Shown: piece after piece, positions 1 to 10,044 of the stretch
Numbering within the stretch: the stretch's first letter is position 1
Layout of the letters: every line of letters begins with the position of its first letter
Assembly: GCA_964596735.1 (NCBI GenBank)
Contig: CAZQVF010000002.1
Location: 18,321-82,320, forward strand
DNA from: an uncultured Gammaproteobacteria bacterium
Lineage (GTDB): Bacteria; Patescibacteriota; Patescibacteriia; UBA2591; UBA6264
DNA: 64,000 bases
Reading direction: 5' to 3'
Position numbers and translations under genes: made by a program
Notes under the pieces: generated by a model
Database searches by the model: none
What the model saw: the letters and a program-made list of their open reading frames with translations, nothing else
What the model was told of the DNA's origin: nothing

Positions 1-35
1 CATGTACCTCCTGCATGGATGGACCTGGTGAGAAT

Positions 36-85
36 CCTGTAGGTACCGCTGGCGCCGGTTTCCGGCGGTACCTACTACTCTTTTT
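36..85 (+). terminator. GC-rich extended stem-loop (GTAGGTACCGC..CGCCGG TTT CCGGCG GTACCTAC) followed by a T-run. Probably an intrinsic terminator or the 3' end of a structured RNA cut by the window edge
   Basis: Palindromic GC-rich hairpin read directly; the first 35 nt are also GC-rich, unlike the surrounding AT-rich DNA. Confidence 0.35.
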
Positions 86-162
86 AAATGGGCAATCTGC
101 CCATTTTTTTCTTTACTCTTAACCTTAATTCTGCTAAAATACTATATAATTAATACTCTTAT

Positions 163-1416
163 ATGATTGACCTTCCTCAAAATACTCCTTTAGCTGATAG
201 AATGAGGCCCTTGTCTTTAAAGGGTTTTTTGGGTCAAGAAGAAATTATTGGGGAAAATACTCTTTTAAAACAGGCAATTGAGTCTGATCAAGTGCCTTCA
301 ATGATTTTTTGGGGACCGCCAGGCAGTGGAAAAACCACCCTGGCTTTTATTTTAGCTAAAAAAACCAAGTCAGATTTTTATCAAATTAGTGCGGTTAATA
401 CCGGGTTAAAAGATTTAAGAGAAATTATTAAAAAAGCAAAAGAGAATAAGGAAAAGAATAAGAAGACAATTCTTTTTATTGATGAAATTCATCGCTGGAA
501 TAAAAAACAACAAGATGCTCTTTTGCCTTCTGTGGAAAAAGGGGAGATTATTTTAATCGGAGCAACAACTGAAAATCCTAGTTTTGAAGTGGTTAGTGCT
601 TTGCTTTCTCGTTGTCGGGTTTTTGTTTTAAAATCATTAGACAAAGATCAATTAATTAAAATTATTAAAAGTGCTTTAAGGGATAAGAAAAAAGGATTAG
701 GTCAATTAAAAATTAAAGTTAATAACAAGGTCATAGAGATGATTGCCCAGATGAGCAATGGTGATGCCCGAACCTCATTAAATACTTTAGAATATGCTGT
801 TTTTTCCAGTCCAGATAAAGGAATAAAAACTAAGAATAAAAAAGATAAAGGGGTTTTAGAAATTACCTCTGATATGATTAAACAGGCTTTTCAAAAATCT
901 CATCTTTTTTATGATAAAGATGGTGAAGAACATTACAATATTATTTCTGCTTTACATAAATCAATGCGCGGTTCTAATGCCAATGCCGCTCTTTATTGGT
1001 TAGCCAGAATGCTTGAGGCAGGAGAAGACCCCTTATATGTGGCCAGAAGACTGGTTCGTTTTGCTTCTGAAGACATTGGTTTGGCTAACTCAAGGGCCTT
1101 GGAACAGGCAGTGTCGGCTTATCAGGCTTGTCATTTTATTGGTATGCCGGAATGTAATGTTATTCTGGCTCAAACAGTGGTTTATATGGCTAAGTGTAAA
1201 AAATCCAATGCCTTGTATGTGGCTTATGAGCAAGCTAAACAAGACGTAGAAAATCATGGGAATTTACCCGTGCCTTTACATATTCGCAATGCCCCGACCC
1301 AGTTAATGAAAGACCTAGGTTATGCCAAGGGATATAAATATAGTCCTGATCATGATTATAAAGAAAAACAAGAATACTTACCTGATAAATTAAAAAATAG
1401 AAAGTATTTGAAATAA
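163..1416 (+). CDS. rarA: Replication-associated recombination protein A (AAA+ ATPase, MgsA/RarA family)
   Basis: Walker [10 protein letters not shown], Walker B FIDEIHR, C-terminal MgsA helical domain motifs ([29 protein letters not shown]). Confidence 0.9.
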   Translation: MIDLPQNTPLADRMRPLSLKGFLGQEEIIGENTLLKQAIESDQVPSMIFWGPPGSGKTTLAFILAKKTKSDFYQISAVNTGLKDLREIIKKAKENKEKNKKTILFIDEIHRWNKKQQDALLPSVEKGEIILIGATTENPSFEVVSALLSRCRVFVLKSLDKDQLIKIIKSALRDKKKGLGQLKIKVNNKVIEMIAQMSNGDARTSLNTLEYAVFSSPDKGIKTKNKKDKGVLEITSDMIKQAFQKSHLFYDKDGEEHYNIISALHKSMRGSNANAALYWLARMLEAGEDPLYVARRLVRFASEDIGLANSRALEQAVSAYQACHFIGMPECNVILAQTVVYMAKCKKSNALYVAYEQAKQDVENHGNLPVPLHIRNAPTQLMKDLGYAKGYKYSPDHDYKEKQEYLPDKLKNRKYLK

Positions 1417-1431
1417 TAAACGTTTCTTAGT

Positions 1432-1971
1432 ATGGCTAAAGAATTTGAAACAAAAGTTTTAGACATTGATGTCTCAGAGATTGAAAAAAAACTTCTTGAT
1501 TTAGGGGCAAAAAAACAACCCCAAGTTTTAATGAAAAGATGGGTTTTTGTTTTTGATTCCTTGGGCAACGAGTATATCCGGGTACGTGATGAAGGAGATA
1601 AAATAACCTTGACCTATAAGAAGAAAACGGGTAGGGGCATTGGTCAAACTGAAGAAATAGAAGTTGAGGTTAATGATTTTGAGAAAACTGCTGAAATTCT
1701 TTTTAAAATACCCTGGCAAGCAAAATATTATCACGAAAGTAAAAGAACACTTTTTCTTTTAAAAGATATTGAGTTTACTATTGATCTACGGCCAAAAATT
1801 CCTGCTTATTTGGAGATTGAATCTTTTAGAAAAGAAAAGGTAAAACAGGGTTTATCATTATTGAAATTAGAGGGCAAGGACATGGGCGATTTGCACATTA
1901 AAGATGTATACTTAAAATATGGCATAGACTTATTTTCTTTTCCAGAATTAAAATTTAAAGAAAACAAATAA
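1432..1971 (+). CDS. CYTH-domain protein (class IV adenylyl cyclase / triphosphatase-like)
   Basis: About 180 aa with an acidic EIEVE pattern and a CYTH-like beta-strand arrangement. Assigned by family resemblance only. Confidence 0.6.
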   Translation: MAKEFETKVLDIDVSEIEKKLLDLGAKKQPQVLMKRWVFVFDSLGNEYIRVRDEGDKITLTYKKKTGRGIGQTEEIEVEVNDFEKTAEILFKIPWQAKYYHESKRTLFLLKDIEFTIDLRPKIPAYLEIESFRKEKVKQGLSLLKLEGKDMGDLHIKDVYLKYGIDLFSFPELKFKENK

Positions 1972-1977
1972 AATACT

Positions 1978-2832
1978 ATGGCAACAAAGACAAAAAAATC
2001 TAGGTGGGATACGCAAAAGCTTTCAGGTTCTCGTTCTAAAAGAGAAGCAGCTTCGGCTCCACGTCAGAATGATTTAAAAATTTATGAGAAGTTTTTAAAA
2101 CAAGCAATTAAAAACAAGAAAAATCCCAAAGCCCTTATTTTAGGAGCCACTCCAGAATTAAGAGACTTGTGTTTAAAACATAAATGCGAAACAGTAGCGG
2201 TTGATGTCAGTTGGAATGTCTTGGTTGCTATGCATAAACAAATGAAATACAAAAACAACCCTAAAAACAAAGTTGCTTTATATGATTGGTTACAAATAGA
2301 TAAGCTCTTTAAAAACAATTATTTTGATGTTGCCTTGGCTGATGCTTCTTTAAACAATCTTAAAACAAAATATCATCTTCCCATGTTTAAGGTTTTAAAC
2401 AGGGTATTAAAACCCAGGGCTGGGTTTATTACTCGTAATGCTGTACTTCAAAAGGAATTAGTAGATAAGCCCATATCCTTTTTTCAAAAAGCTTATAACC
2501 AGGGTGATTTAGATTGGTTAGAGTATTATTGGGTTTTCTTAGTTATCTGGCATAAACAAATTGAAATTGCTCCCTATGAACATAGCGTTGCCAAACTGAA
2601 CCATAAATTTAAAGTTCTTTTAAATAAAAAATTAGTTAAGATACGCCCGGCTGATAAATGGAAAATAGATAATGTTATATTTCATGCCGCTAAAGTTGTT
2701 CACACTGAATTTCCTAAAAACAAGTTTGAACAAATGGCAAAGAAGTATTTTAAGGTTGTTGATGTTGATTATAAAAGCAAAAACAAGGAAATTCGTTATA
2801 TTCCCATTTATTATTTTAAAAATAAAAAGTAA
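1978..2832 (+). CDS. Hypothetical protein (possibly a methyltransferase-like fold, weak)
   Basis: Long ORF with good coding compactness; no firm motif. Confidence 0.45.
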   Translation: MATKTKKSRWDTQKLSGSRSKREAASAPRQNDLKIYEKFLKQAIKNKKNPKALILGATPELRDLCLKHKCETVAVDVSWNVLVAMHKQMKYKNNPKNKVALYDWLQIDKLFKNNYFDVALADASLNNLKTKYHLPMFKVLNRVLKPRAGFITRNAVLQKELVDKPISFFQKAYNQGDLDWLEYYWVFLVIWHKQIEIAPYEHSVAKLNHKFKVLLNKKLVKIRPADKWKIDNVIFHAAKVVHTEFPKNKFEQMAKKYFKVVDVDYKSKNKEIRYIPIYYFKNKK

Positions 2833-2842
2833 TTGATCAGAT

Positions 2843-3608
2843 ATGGTTCTTACAGATATTGCTATTATATTTACTCTTGGTTCTTTAGCTGGTTGGTTAA
2901 TTGAGCTGATTTTTGTTGGTTTGATTAAGGAGAAAAAACTAGTTAATCCTGGATTTTTAAACGGCCCTTATTTACCAATTTATGGCACTGGGGCTATTTT
3001 ATTATATTTTGTTTCTGGGCTTAATATAGATTTTGTTTTTAAATTGATCTTGTTTATCATTTCCAACTACATTATTAGAGCTAATTGTTGGGTTTTTCTT
3101 TTTTTACTATTACAACCTTAGATTATGGGATTATTCTGATGAAATTCTTAACCACAAAGGGCATATTTGCCTGATTTATTCATTTTATTGGGTAATTCTG
3201 TCTATTTTGTTTTATTTCTTTATTTACCCTGTTTTAGGCAATATTTTGCTCTTTTTTAACACTTATACAGGCTTATTATTCGTTTTAGGCCTGTTTTACG
3301 GGGTTTTCTTGGTTGATTTGATAAATTCCTTTAGTTTAGCCTATAAAATGCGGGTGTTTTTGATTAAATTTAATAAAAATAGGCTGGTTAAATTAAGGGT
3401 TAATTATGTTGTTTTTAAGCAAAAAATTACCTTTGTTTTAAAGCAAAAGCATTTGGCCAACTTTTTTAAAAGGTTTTTCTTTTCTTTTAATAATTTAAAT
3501 CAAAATGACTTGTCAAAACAATTAGATAAATTTTTAGAAATTAGAAAAGAAAGATTTAAAAATGGTTTGGAAAAAATCAAAGAAATTATTAAAAGAGTAG
3601 ATGACTAA
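2843..3608 (+). pseudogene. DUF1113-like (putative ABC-transporter type IV, PF06541-like) polytopic membrane protein. It is split into two ORFs by a frameshift in the T-run at about 3093-3105
   Basis: ORF 2843-3121 (GWLIE motif) ends at TAG. The frame of the downstream ORF is open upstream and reads FFFFYYYNLRLWDYSDEILNHKGHICLIYSFYW, the conserved middle of the same family. The join falls inside a homopolymeric T tract. Confidence 0.5.
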
Positions 3609-4308
3609 ATTAACACTATCGCAATTAAAAAAAGAATTAAAAAATTTAGCTAACCCTAAACAAGCTAAGATTTTACAAAGGTTTTTTAAAACCGGGCCAG
3701 ATGAATATGGAGCCGGTGATATTTTCTTAGGCATTAAAGTTCCTGTTCAAAGAGGAGTGGCTAAGAAATATACTCATCTTGGTTTTGACAATATTAAGAA
3801 TTTATTAAAAAGCAAGATTCATGAACATCGTTTGGTCGGTATTCTTATACTAGTTAGCAAATACAAAGAAGTAGGGGAGCAAGAGAAAAAAAAGATTTTT
3901 AGTTTTTATTTAAAAAACCATCAAGGAATAAATAATTGGGACCTGGTTGATCTTTCCGCATCTAATATTGTTGGTGATTATTTATTAAACAAGAACAAAG
4001 ACGTTTTGTATAAATTAGCCAAGTCAAAAAATCTTTGGCAAAAAAGAATTGCTATCATCTCCACTTTTACTTTTATTAAAAACGACAAGTTTAATGATAC
4101 TTTAAAAATTTCTAAGATCTTATTAAATGATGATCATGATTTGATTCATAAGGCCGTTGGCTGGATGTTAAGGGAATTAGGAAAGAGAGACCAGAAAATT
4201 GAAGAAGAATTTTTAAAAAAACATATTAAGAAAATGCCTCGGACAATGTTAAGGTATGCTATTGAAAGATTTGAAGAAAAAAAGAGAAAGTCTTATTTGG
4301 CAAAATAG
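3601..4308 (+). CDS. DNA alkylation repair enzyme (AlkD/AlkC-like HEAT-repeat glycosylase family)
   Basis: Family hallmark segments NNWDLVD and HKAVGWMLRE; about 235 aa, helical repeat composition. Confidence 0.7.
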   Translation: MTKLTLSQLKKELKNLANPKQAKILQRFFKTGPDEYGAGDIFLGIKVPVQRGVAKKYTHLGFDNIKNLLKSKIHEHRLVGILILVSKYKEVGEQEKKKIFSFYLKNHQGINNWDLVDLSASNIVGDYLLNKNKDVLYKLAKSKNLWQKRIAIISTFTFIKNDKFNDTLKISKILLNDDHDLIHKAVGWMLRELGKRDQKIEEEFLKKHIKKMPRTMLRYAIERFEEKKRKSYLAK

Positions 4309-4331
4309 TCGTTTTTTTAGGCTATTTTCCC

Positions 4332-4793
4332 TTGTCTAAAATTAATAATTTTGTTAAAATCTTATTAATGTTTAAGAAAAAGAAAAAAGAAATTGTTGTT
4401 GCTGCTTCTGGATATTTTAATCCTTTGCATATTGGTCATCTTCGTTGTTTACAAGCGGCTAAGAAATTAGGGACAAAATTAGTCGTTATTCTTAATAGTG
4501 ATGATCAAGTAAAAGTAAAAGGTAGTGTTGCTTTTATGCCTGAAAAAGAAAGAATAGAAATTGTTAAAGCTTTAAGGTCAGTTGATGAAGTTGTTTTGTC
4601 GATTGATAAAGATGAAACAGTTTGTAAAAGCTTAAAATTGGTTAGGCCTGATATCTTTGCCAAAGGAGGAGACCGGACATTGGATAATATTCCTGAAGTA
4701 CCAGTTTGTGAGAAATTGGGGATTAAAATGGTTTTTGATGTTGGCGGAGGAAAAGTTCAGTCATCTTCTTGGTTGATTAAAAAAAATAATTAA
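4332..4793 (+). CDS. Cytidylyltransferase-like nucleotidyltransferase (HldE domain II / RfaE-like adenylyltransferase fold). The true start is probably the internal Met at MFKKKKKE
   Basis: Nucleotidyltransferase signature GYFNPLHIGH (HxGH) in a small ~140-aa protein. Confidence 0.6.
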   Translation: MSKINNFVKILLMFKKKKKEIVVAASGYFNPLHIGHLRCLQAAKKLGTKLVVILNSDDQVKVKGSVAFMPEKERIEIVKALRSVDEVVLSIDKDETVCKSLKLVRPDIFAKGGDRTLDNIPEVPVCEKLGIKMVFDVGGGKVQSSSWLIKKNN

Positions 4794-4814
4794 ATAGTTT
4801 AATAAAAAATAAAA

Positions 4815-5501
4815 ATGAAAAAGACAACACTTATTATTGCGCTTTTACTTATTCCTTTATTTTTAATAGGATGTGGTAAAACAACAGAAGAACCTGTTGG
4901 AGAGGGGTCTACGCAAGAACCTGTTGTAGAAAACATCTGCCATCAAATGACTGTTAAAGAAGCAATGGAAGTTGCTTTAAATAGTGATTGTGTGACTGAA
5001 GGTTCTTTATTAGAAGATACGGCTGTTTGTAATGAAAGTACAGGAACCTGGTGGATTGATTTAGACGTTGATAAACCAGGATGTAAGCCTGCTTGTGTCG
5101 TCGATATTAAAACAGCAGGAGAAGCAAGTATTAATTGGCGTTGTACAGGATTAATTATGGAAGATCAAGTAACAGAATTAAAAATAGAAACCTTGGTAGA
5201 AGGAACAGGAGATAGAGAAGTAAAATCAGGAGATGAAATTAATGTTCATTATACTGGAACCTTAACTAATGGTATTAAATTTGACTCTAGTCTTGACCGG
5301 GGCGAGCCATTTACTTTTACTATTGGAGTTAAACAAGTTATTCAGGGCTGGGAACAAGGACTTTTAGGAATGAAAGTTGGTGAAAAAAGAAAATTAACTA
5401 TTCCTTCAGATTTAGCTTATGGAGAAAGAGGAGCTGGCGCATCAATTCCTCCAAATGCAACTTTGATTTTTGAAGTTGAATTAGTTTCTTTTGCTGAGTA
5501 A
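4815..5501 (+). CDS. FKBP-type peptidyl-prolyl cis-trans isomerase, lipoprotein
   Basis: Signal peptide with lipobox LIGC. C-terminal FKBP domain ([49 protein letters not shown]). Confidence 0.8.
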   Translation: MKKTTLIIALLLIPLFLIGCGKTTEEPVGEGSTQEPVVENICHQMTVKEAMEVALNSDCVTEGSLLEDTAVCNESTGTWWIDLDVDKPGCKPACVVDIKTAGEASINWRCTGLIMEDQVTELKIETLVEGTGDREVKSGDEINVHYTGTLTNGIKFDSSLDRGEPFTFTIGVKQVIQGWEQGLLGMKVGEKRKLTIPSDLAYGERGAGASIPPNATLIFEVELVSFAE

Positions 5502-5507
5502 TTTAAC

Positions 5508-6494
5508 ATGAACAGGGTATATCTTTTAAAAGGCTTTAAAGGCTTAGAGATTAGAGTTAAAAATATTTTAACTGATTTTTATTCAATTAAAGATAAAGTT
5601 CTTATTAAAATTCATTTTGGTGAACCAGGCAATAAACTTGCTTTTATGCCTAAGGATATTAAGCCGGTGATCATGGCTATGAATTCTTTGGGTTTAAAGT
5701 CTGTTTTTATTGACACAACTGTTGCTTATAATTCACCAAGAAATTCTATTAAGGGATATGAGAAAGTTGTCAGAAAAAGAGGCTATGACCAACTAGCCCC
5801 TTTTCTTATCTCTAAAAAGAGCCAGAAGATTAAGACAAAAGATTTTGTAGCTGGGGTTTGCCAAGAATTAATTAATGCAAAAAATGTTTTAGTTCTTTCT
5901 CATGTTAAAGGACATTCCTGTGCTGGTTTTGGTGGAGCAATAAAAAATTTGGGCATGGGCGGCGTAGACAAAGAAACTAAGGGAATCGAGCATGGTTTAA
6001 GTCGTCCTCGTTTTGTGGCTGAATGTCAAGGCTGTGGTATTTGTGCTGAATTTTGTCCAGCCAAGGCAATAAAAATGGTTGACAATAAAGCTAAAATTGA
6101 TTTAGATTCTTGTTGGGGTTGTTCAATTTGTCAATTACAATGTTCTTATAAATGTTTAGAACCAGAAAAAGCCTTGTTTGATGACCTATTAGCCCAAGGA
6201 GCCGCGGCGGTAATTAATAATTTACCCAAGAAAACTTTTTACATTAATTTTATTAAAAACATTACTAAACATTGTGATTGTGAGCCAAATCCGGGAGGGA
6301 TTATTGGGAAAGACATTGGCGTGCTTTTCTCAGATAATCCCGTTGCCATTGATAAGGCCAGTGTTGATTTGATTAATGAGTTGAATAAAAAAGACCTGTT
6401 TCAAGAAATAAATCACAAAGATCCACTTTTACATGTTAATTTTGCTGAAAAGTATACTAATAAAAAGTCAGATTATGAATTAATAACCATTTAA
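5508..6494 (+). CDS. DUF362-domain protein with an inserted 4Fe-4S ferredoxin-type dicluster domain
   Basis: Two CxxCxxC-type clusters (CQGCGICAEFCP, CWGCSICQLQC) embedded in DUF362-like flanks (VLIKIHFGE, HVKGHSCAGFGGAIKNLG). Confidence 0.65.
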   Translation: MNRVYLLKGFKGLEIRVKNILTDFYSIKDKVLIKIHFGEPGNKLAFMPKDIKPVIMAMNSLGLKSVFIDTTVAYNSPRNSIKGYEKVVRKRGYDQLAPFLISKKSQKIKTKDFVAGVCQELINAKNVLVLSHVKGHSCAGFGGAIKNLGMGGVDKETKGIEHGLSRPRFVAECQGCGICAEFCPAKAIKMVDNKAKIDLDSCWGCSICQLQCSYKCLEPEKALFDDLLAQGAAAVINNLPKKTFYINFIKNITKHCDCEPNPGGIIGKDIGVLFSDNPVAIDKASVDLINELNKKDLFQEINHKDPLLHVNFAEKYTNKKSDYELITI

Positions 6495-6615
6495 ATAAAA
6501 TATTATGCATAGAAAAAAAGCAAGAAAGATAGCTAAGGTTATGAAAGAAAAAGGGGTAAAAAAGCTGTCAAAAAATCAAAAAAGAAAACTAAAAAACCAA
6601 TTTAAATAAAAAACA

Positions 6616-9231
6616 ATGAAAACAGTTTATTACTTTGGCGGCAAAAAGGCAGATGGCCGAGCCGAAATGAAAGACCTTTTAGGGGGAAAAGGCGCTAATT
6701 TAGCAGAAATGGTTAATTTGGGTTTACCCGTACCACCTGGATTTACTATTACCACTAAAGTTTGTCAATATTTTTTACAACATCATGGCAAATTACCATT
6801 GAATCTTGATTCAGAAATTAAAAAATCTATTCAAAAAATAGAGAAAAGTGTTGGTAAAAAATTTGGTGATGTTAATAATCCTTTATTAGTTTCTGTGCGC
6901 AGTGGATCAAAATTTTCCATGCCTGGAATGATGGATACGGTTTTAAATTTAGGATTAAATGACAAAACCGTGCTAGGTTTAGCCAAGCAATCAAATAATT
7001 ATCGTTCTGCCTTTGATGCTTATCGTCGTTTACTTCATATGTTTGGCGACGTTGTTCTTGGGGTAGATAAAAAATTATTTGAGCAGATTTTGACTCAGAC
7101 TAAAAAAAGATTAAAAATTGAGTTTGACACTGAATTGACAGGACAAGATTTAAAAAATCTTGTTACTAAATACAAAAAATTAATTAAACAAAAAACAAAA
7201 AAAGCTTTTCCTCAGGATCCTTGGCAACAATTAACCATGGCTAGGGATGCTGTTTTTAAAAGCTGGAATGTTCCTCGGGCCAAAACTTACAGAAGGTTAA
7301 ATAAAATTTCTGAAGACTTAGGCACAGCCGTGAATGTTCAGGCCATGGTTTTTGGTAACCTAGGTGACCATAGTGCCACTGGGGTTGGATTTACTCGTGA
7401 TCCAGCTACTGGCAAAGATAGGTTTTATGGGGAATATTTAATTAACGCCCAAGGAGAAGATGTGGTTGCTGGAATCAGAACTCCCAAACAAATTCAAGAA
7501 TTAAAAAAAGAAATGCCTTTGATTTATAAAAGGCTTTATACTTTGACAAAAAAATTAGAAAGACACTATAAAGATATTCAAGATTTTGAGTTCACAGTTG
7601 AAAGAAATAAATTATATATTCTTCAAACCAGAAATGGCAAGAGAACGGCTCAAGCGGCAATTAAAATTTCCGTGGACATGGTTAAACAAGGGTTAATTAC
7701 TAAAAAACAAGCTGTTTTAAGATTTGAACCAGCTCAAATAGACCAATTATTACACCCCATTATTAGTCCCCAGGCTAAGGTCAAAGTTGTCGCTAAAGGC
7801 CTGCCTGCTTCACCAGGGGCCGGGGTGGGTAAGGTTGTTTTTAGTGCCGATGAAGCCGTTAAACAAAGTAAAAAGGGTCCGGTAATTTTAGTTAGAACAG
7901 AAACTTGTCCTGATGACATTCATGGCATGGACGTAGCTCAAGGTGTTTTAACCGCCAGAGGCGGGATGACTAGTCATGCCGCTGTTGTGGCTAGGGGGAT
8001 GGGTAAATGTTGTGTGGCTGGTTGTGAATCAATTAAAGTAGATGAGAAAAAGAAAAAGATTTTTATTGACAAACTTGTTGTTAAAACAGGGGATTGGTTG
8101 ACTTTAAATGGAACAAAAGGCCAGGTAATCTTAGGTAAAGTAAAGACAATTGAACCTAAATTAAGTGGTGATTTTGGCTATTTTATGAAATGGGTTGACC
8201 AAATTCGTAAAATTAAAGTGCGAACAAATGCTGATAATCCCAAAGACGCAAAAGTAGCTAGAGAATTTGGGGCTCAAGGCATTGGCCTGTGTCGAACCGA
8301 ACATATGTTTTTCGCCCAAGAACGTTTACCTTTTATGCAGCAAATGATTTTAGCTGACAATGAAGAACAACGAAGAAAAGCTTTAAACAAACTTTTGCCT
8401 TTTCAAAAGAAAGACTTTAAAGGTTTGTTTAAAACAATGAAGGGCTTTCCTGTAACGATTAGAACATTAGATCCTCCTTTGCATGAGTTTTTACCAAAAA
8501 CTAAAAAAGAAGCTCAAATATTAAGTAAAAAGATTAAAGTCTCAGAAAAAAAGATTTGGGAAAAAGCTGAAGAATTGGCAGAAGTTAATCCCATGCTTGG
8601 TCATCGAGGTTGTCGTTTAGGTATTACTTATCCAGAAATTACCGAGATGCAAGTGAAGGCGATTATCTCAGCCGCTTGTGAATTGGCCAAACAAAAGATT
8701 AATGTTGTTCCGGAAATTATGATTCCTTTGGTTGGTCATTTAAATGAATTTGTTGACCAAGAAAAATTAGCTAGAAAAACAGCTGGACAGACCATGAAAA
8801 AGTATAAGGTTAGAGTGAAGTATACGGTGGGAACAATGATTGAGGTTCCTCGAGCTGCTTTAACCGCTGATCAGATTGCCAAACATGCTGAATTCTTTTC
8901 TTTTGGCACTAATGATTTAACGCAAATGGGTTTTGGTTTTTCCAGAGATGATGCTGGAAAGTTTATTAAAATCTATTTAGAAAAGGATATTTTTAAAAAT
9001 GATCCTTTTCAGGTGTTAGACCAACAAGGCATTGGCCAATTAGTAAAAACAGGCATTGCCAAGGGTAGAAAAACTAGAAAAGATTTAAAAGTGGGCATTT
9101 GCGGAGAACATGGCGGTGAACCAAATAGTGTTAAATTTTGCTGTAAAGTAGGTATGAATTATGTTAGCTGTTCTCCTTATCGAGTGCCTATTGCCAGATT
9201 AGCCGCGGCTCAAGCAGTGATTGAGAAATAA
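6616..9231 (+). CDS. ppdK: Pyruvate, phosphate dikinase
   Basis: 871 aa. N-terminal ATP-grasp region (GGKGANLAEM), central phospho-His mobile domain (GGMTSHAAVVARGMGKCCVAGC), C-terminal PEP-utilizing TIM barrel (GLCRTEHMF, NDLTQ). Confidence 0.93.
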   Translation: MKTVYYFGGKKADGRAEMKDLLGGKGANLAEMVNLGLPVPPGFTITTKVCQYFLQHHGKLPLNLDSEIKKSIQKIEKSVGKKFGDVNNPLLVSVRSGSKFSMPGMMDTVLNLGLNDKTVLGLAKQSNNYRSAFDAYRRLLHMFGDVVLGVDKKLFEQILTQTKKRLKIEFDTELTGQDLKNLVTKYKKLIKQKTKKAFPQDPWQQLTMARDAVFKSWNVPRAKTYRRLNKISEDLGTAVNVQAMVFGNLGDHSATGVGFTRDPATGKDRFYGEYLINAQGEDVVAGIRTPKQIQELKKEMPLIYKRLYTLTKKLERHYKDIQDFEFTVERNKLYILQTRNGKRTAQAAIKISVDMVKQGLITKKQAVLRFEPAQIDQLLHPIISPQAKVKVVAKGLPASPGAGVGKVVFSADEAVKQSKKGPVILVRTETCPDDIHGMDVAQGVLTARGGMTSHAAVVARGMGKCCVAGCESIKVDEKKKKIFIDKLVVKTGDWLTLNGTKGQVILGKVKTIEPKLSGDFGYFMKWVDQIRKIKVRTNADNPKDAKVAREFGAQGIGLCRTEHMFFAQERLPFMQQMILADNEEQRRKALNKLLPFQKKDFKGLFKTMKGFPVTIRTLDPPLHEFLPKTKKEAQILSKKIKVSEKKIWEKAEELAEVNPMLGHRGCRLGITYPEITEMQVKAIISAACELAKQKINVVPEIMIPLVGHLNEFVDQEKLARKTAGQTMKKYKVRVKYTVGTMIEVPRAALTADQIAKHAEFFSFGTNDLTQMGFGFSRDDAGKFIKIYLEKDIFKNDPFQVLDQQGIGQLVKTGIAKGRKTRKDLKVGICGEHGGEPNSVKFCCKVGMNYVSCSPYRVPIARLAAAQAVIEK

Positions 9232-9252
9232 ATATTATACTTTACTTTTAAA

Positions 9253-9290
9253 AAACAGGAATAAATGCTAATTATCCCTGTTTTTTATAT
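9253..9290 (+). terminator. Intrinsic terminator after ppdK (ACAGG..loop..CCTGT followed by a T-run)
   Basis: Hairpin plus TTTTTT read from the sequence. Confidence 0.45.
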
Positions 9291-9338
9291 TGCCTTATAT
9301 CACTGGTTTGATATAATATAGGCTGATATGATAATCTT

Positions 9339-9587
9339 ATGAAAAAGACTATTTATTTAGCTATGTTTGTTGTTTTGGGTGTTTTGATTGCTTTTTTGAT
9401 TTATGCGATGACCGAAGTCTGGTATATTGACTTATTAATCAAGGATTTTCAAAAATACAGCTTGGGCTTTTCTTGGGCTCACTGGTTTGTGATTAATCGT
9501 CTTTTGTCAGTTATTTTCTTTACTGGAGGAATTTTCGCCGGTTATTATCAAGGAGTATTTTGGTGGAAAAAGATATATGAGAAATAG
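9339..9587 (+). CDS. Small hypothetical membrane protein (2 TM)
   Basis: Two hydrophobic segments; placed upstream of the receiver/kinase cluster. Confidence 0.4.
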   Translation: MKKTIYLAMFVVLGVLIAFLIYAMTEVWYIDLLIKDFQKYSLGFSWAHWFVINRLLSVIFFTGGIFAGYYQGVFWWKKIYEK

Positions 9588-9639
9588 GCTTATTTATACT
9601 GTTATTTAGCCTGTTTTTTGCTATAATAACATAATAAAT

Positions 9640-10029
9640 ATGGAAAAAAAATCATTTAAAATTTTACTTATTGAAGATGACCAGTTTATTCGCCGTATTT
9701 GTAAAAACGGCCTAGAACGAAGTGGTTTTAATGTAATAACAGCTGCGGAGGGGAAAGAAGGGATGAAAAAAGCAAAAGAACAAAATCCAGATCTAATTCT
9801 CTCTGACTTAGTCATGCCCCATAGAAATGGTTTTGAAACAATGGAACAAATAAAAAAAGATAAACAATTAAAAGATATTCCAATAATTATTCTTTCTAAT
9901 TTGGGTCAAGAATCAGATATTCAAAAAATAAAAGAGTTGGGAGCCGTCGACTATTTAATTAAGTCTGATTTTAAAATAAAAGAAGTGGTAGAGAAAATAA
10001 AATCCCATTTGGCTAAATTAGAAAAATAA
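9640..10029 (+). CDS. Stand-alone response-regulator receiver domain protein (CheY-like), paralog of 12865-13245
   Basis: Receiver signature: acidic pair EDD, phospho-acceptor in LILSDLVMP, conserved T/S and K (IIILSNLG ... YLIKS); 129 aa, no output domain. Confidence 0.85.
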   Translation: MEKKSFKILLIEDDQFIRRICKNGLERSGFNVITAAEGKEGMKKAKEQNPDLILSDLVMPHRNGFETMEQIKKDKQLKDIPIIILSNLGQESDIQKIKELGAVDYLIKSDFKIKEVVEKIKSHLAKLEK

Positions 10030-10044
10030 AAGGAGGAATAAAAT

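Noticed and set aside
1013-1249. Short ORFs embedded in or antisense to large confident genes. Examples: 1013-1249, 1356-1568, 1528-1734, 2082-2318, 3534-3734, 7734-7919, 9621-9815, 10938-11156, 11469-11708, 11853-12092, 12185-12379, 12559-12822, 16244-16435, 16521-16718, 20689-20892, 21394-21591, 22123-22335
   Set aside because: Each overlaps a longer ORF that has clear family motifs. Their composition (L/F/S/I-rich) is the usual antisense or off-frame artefact of AT-rich DNA.
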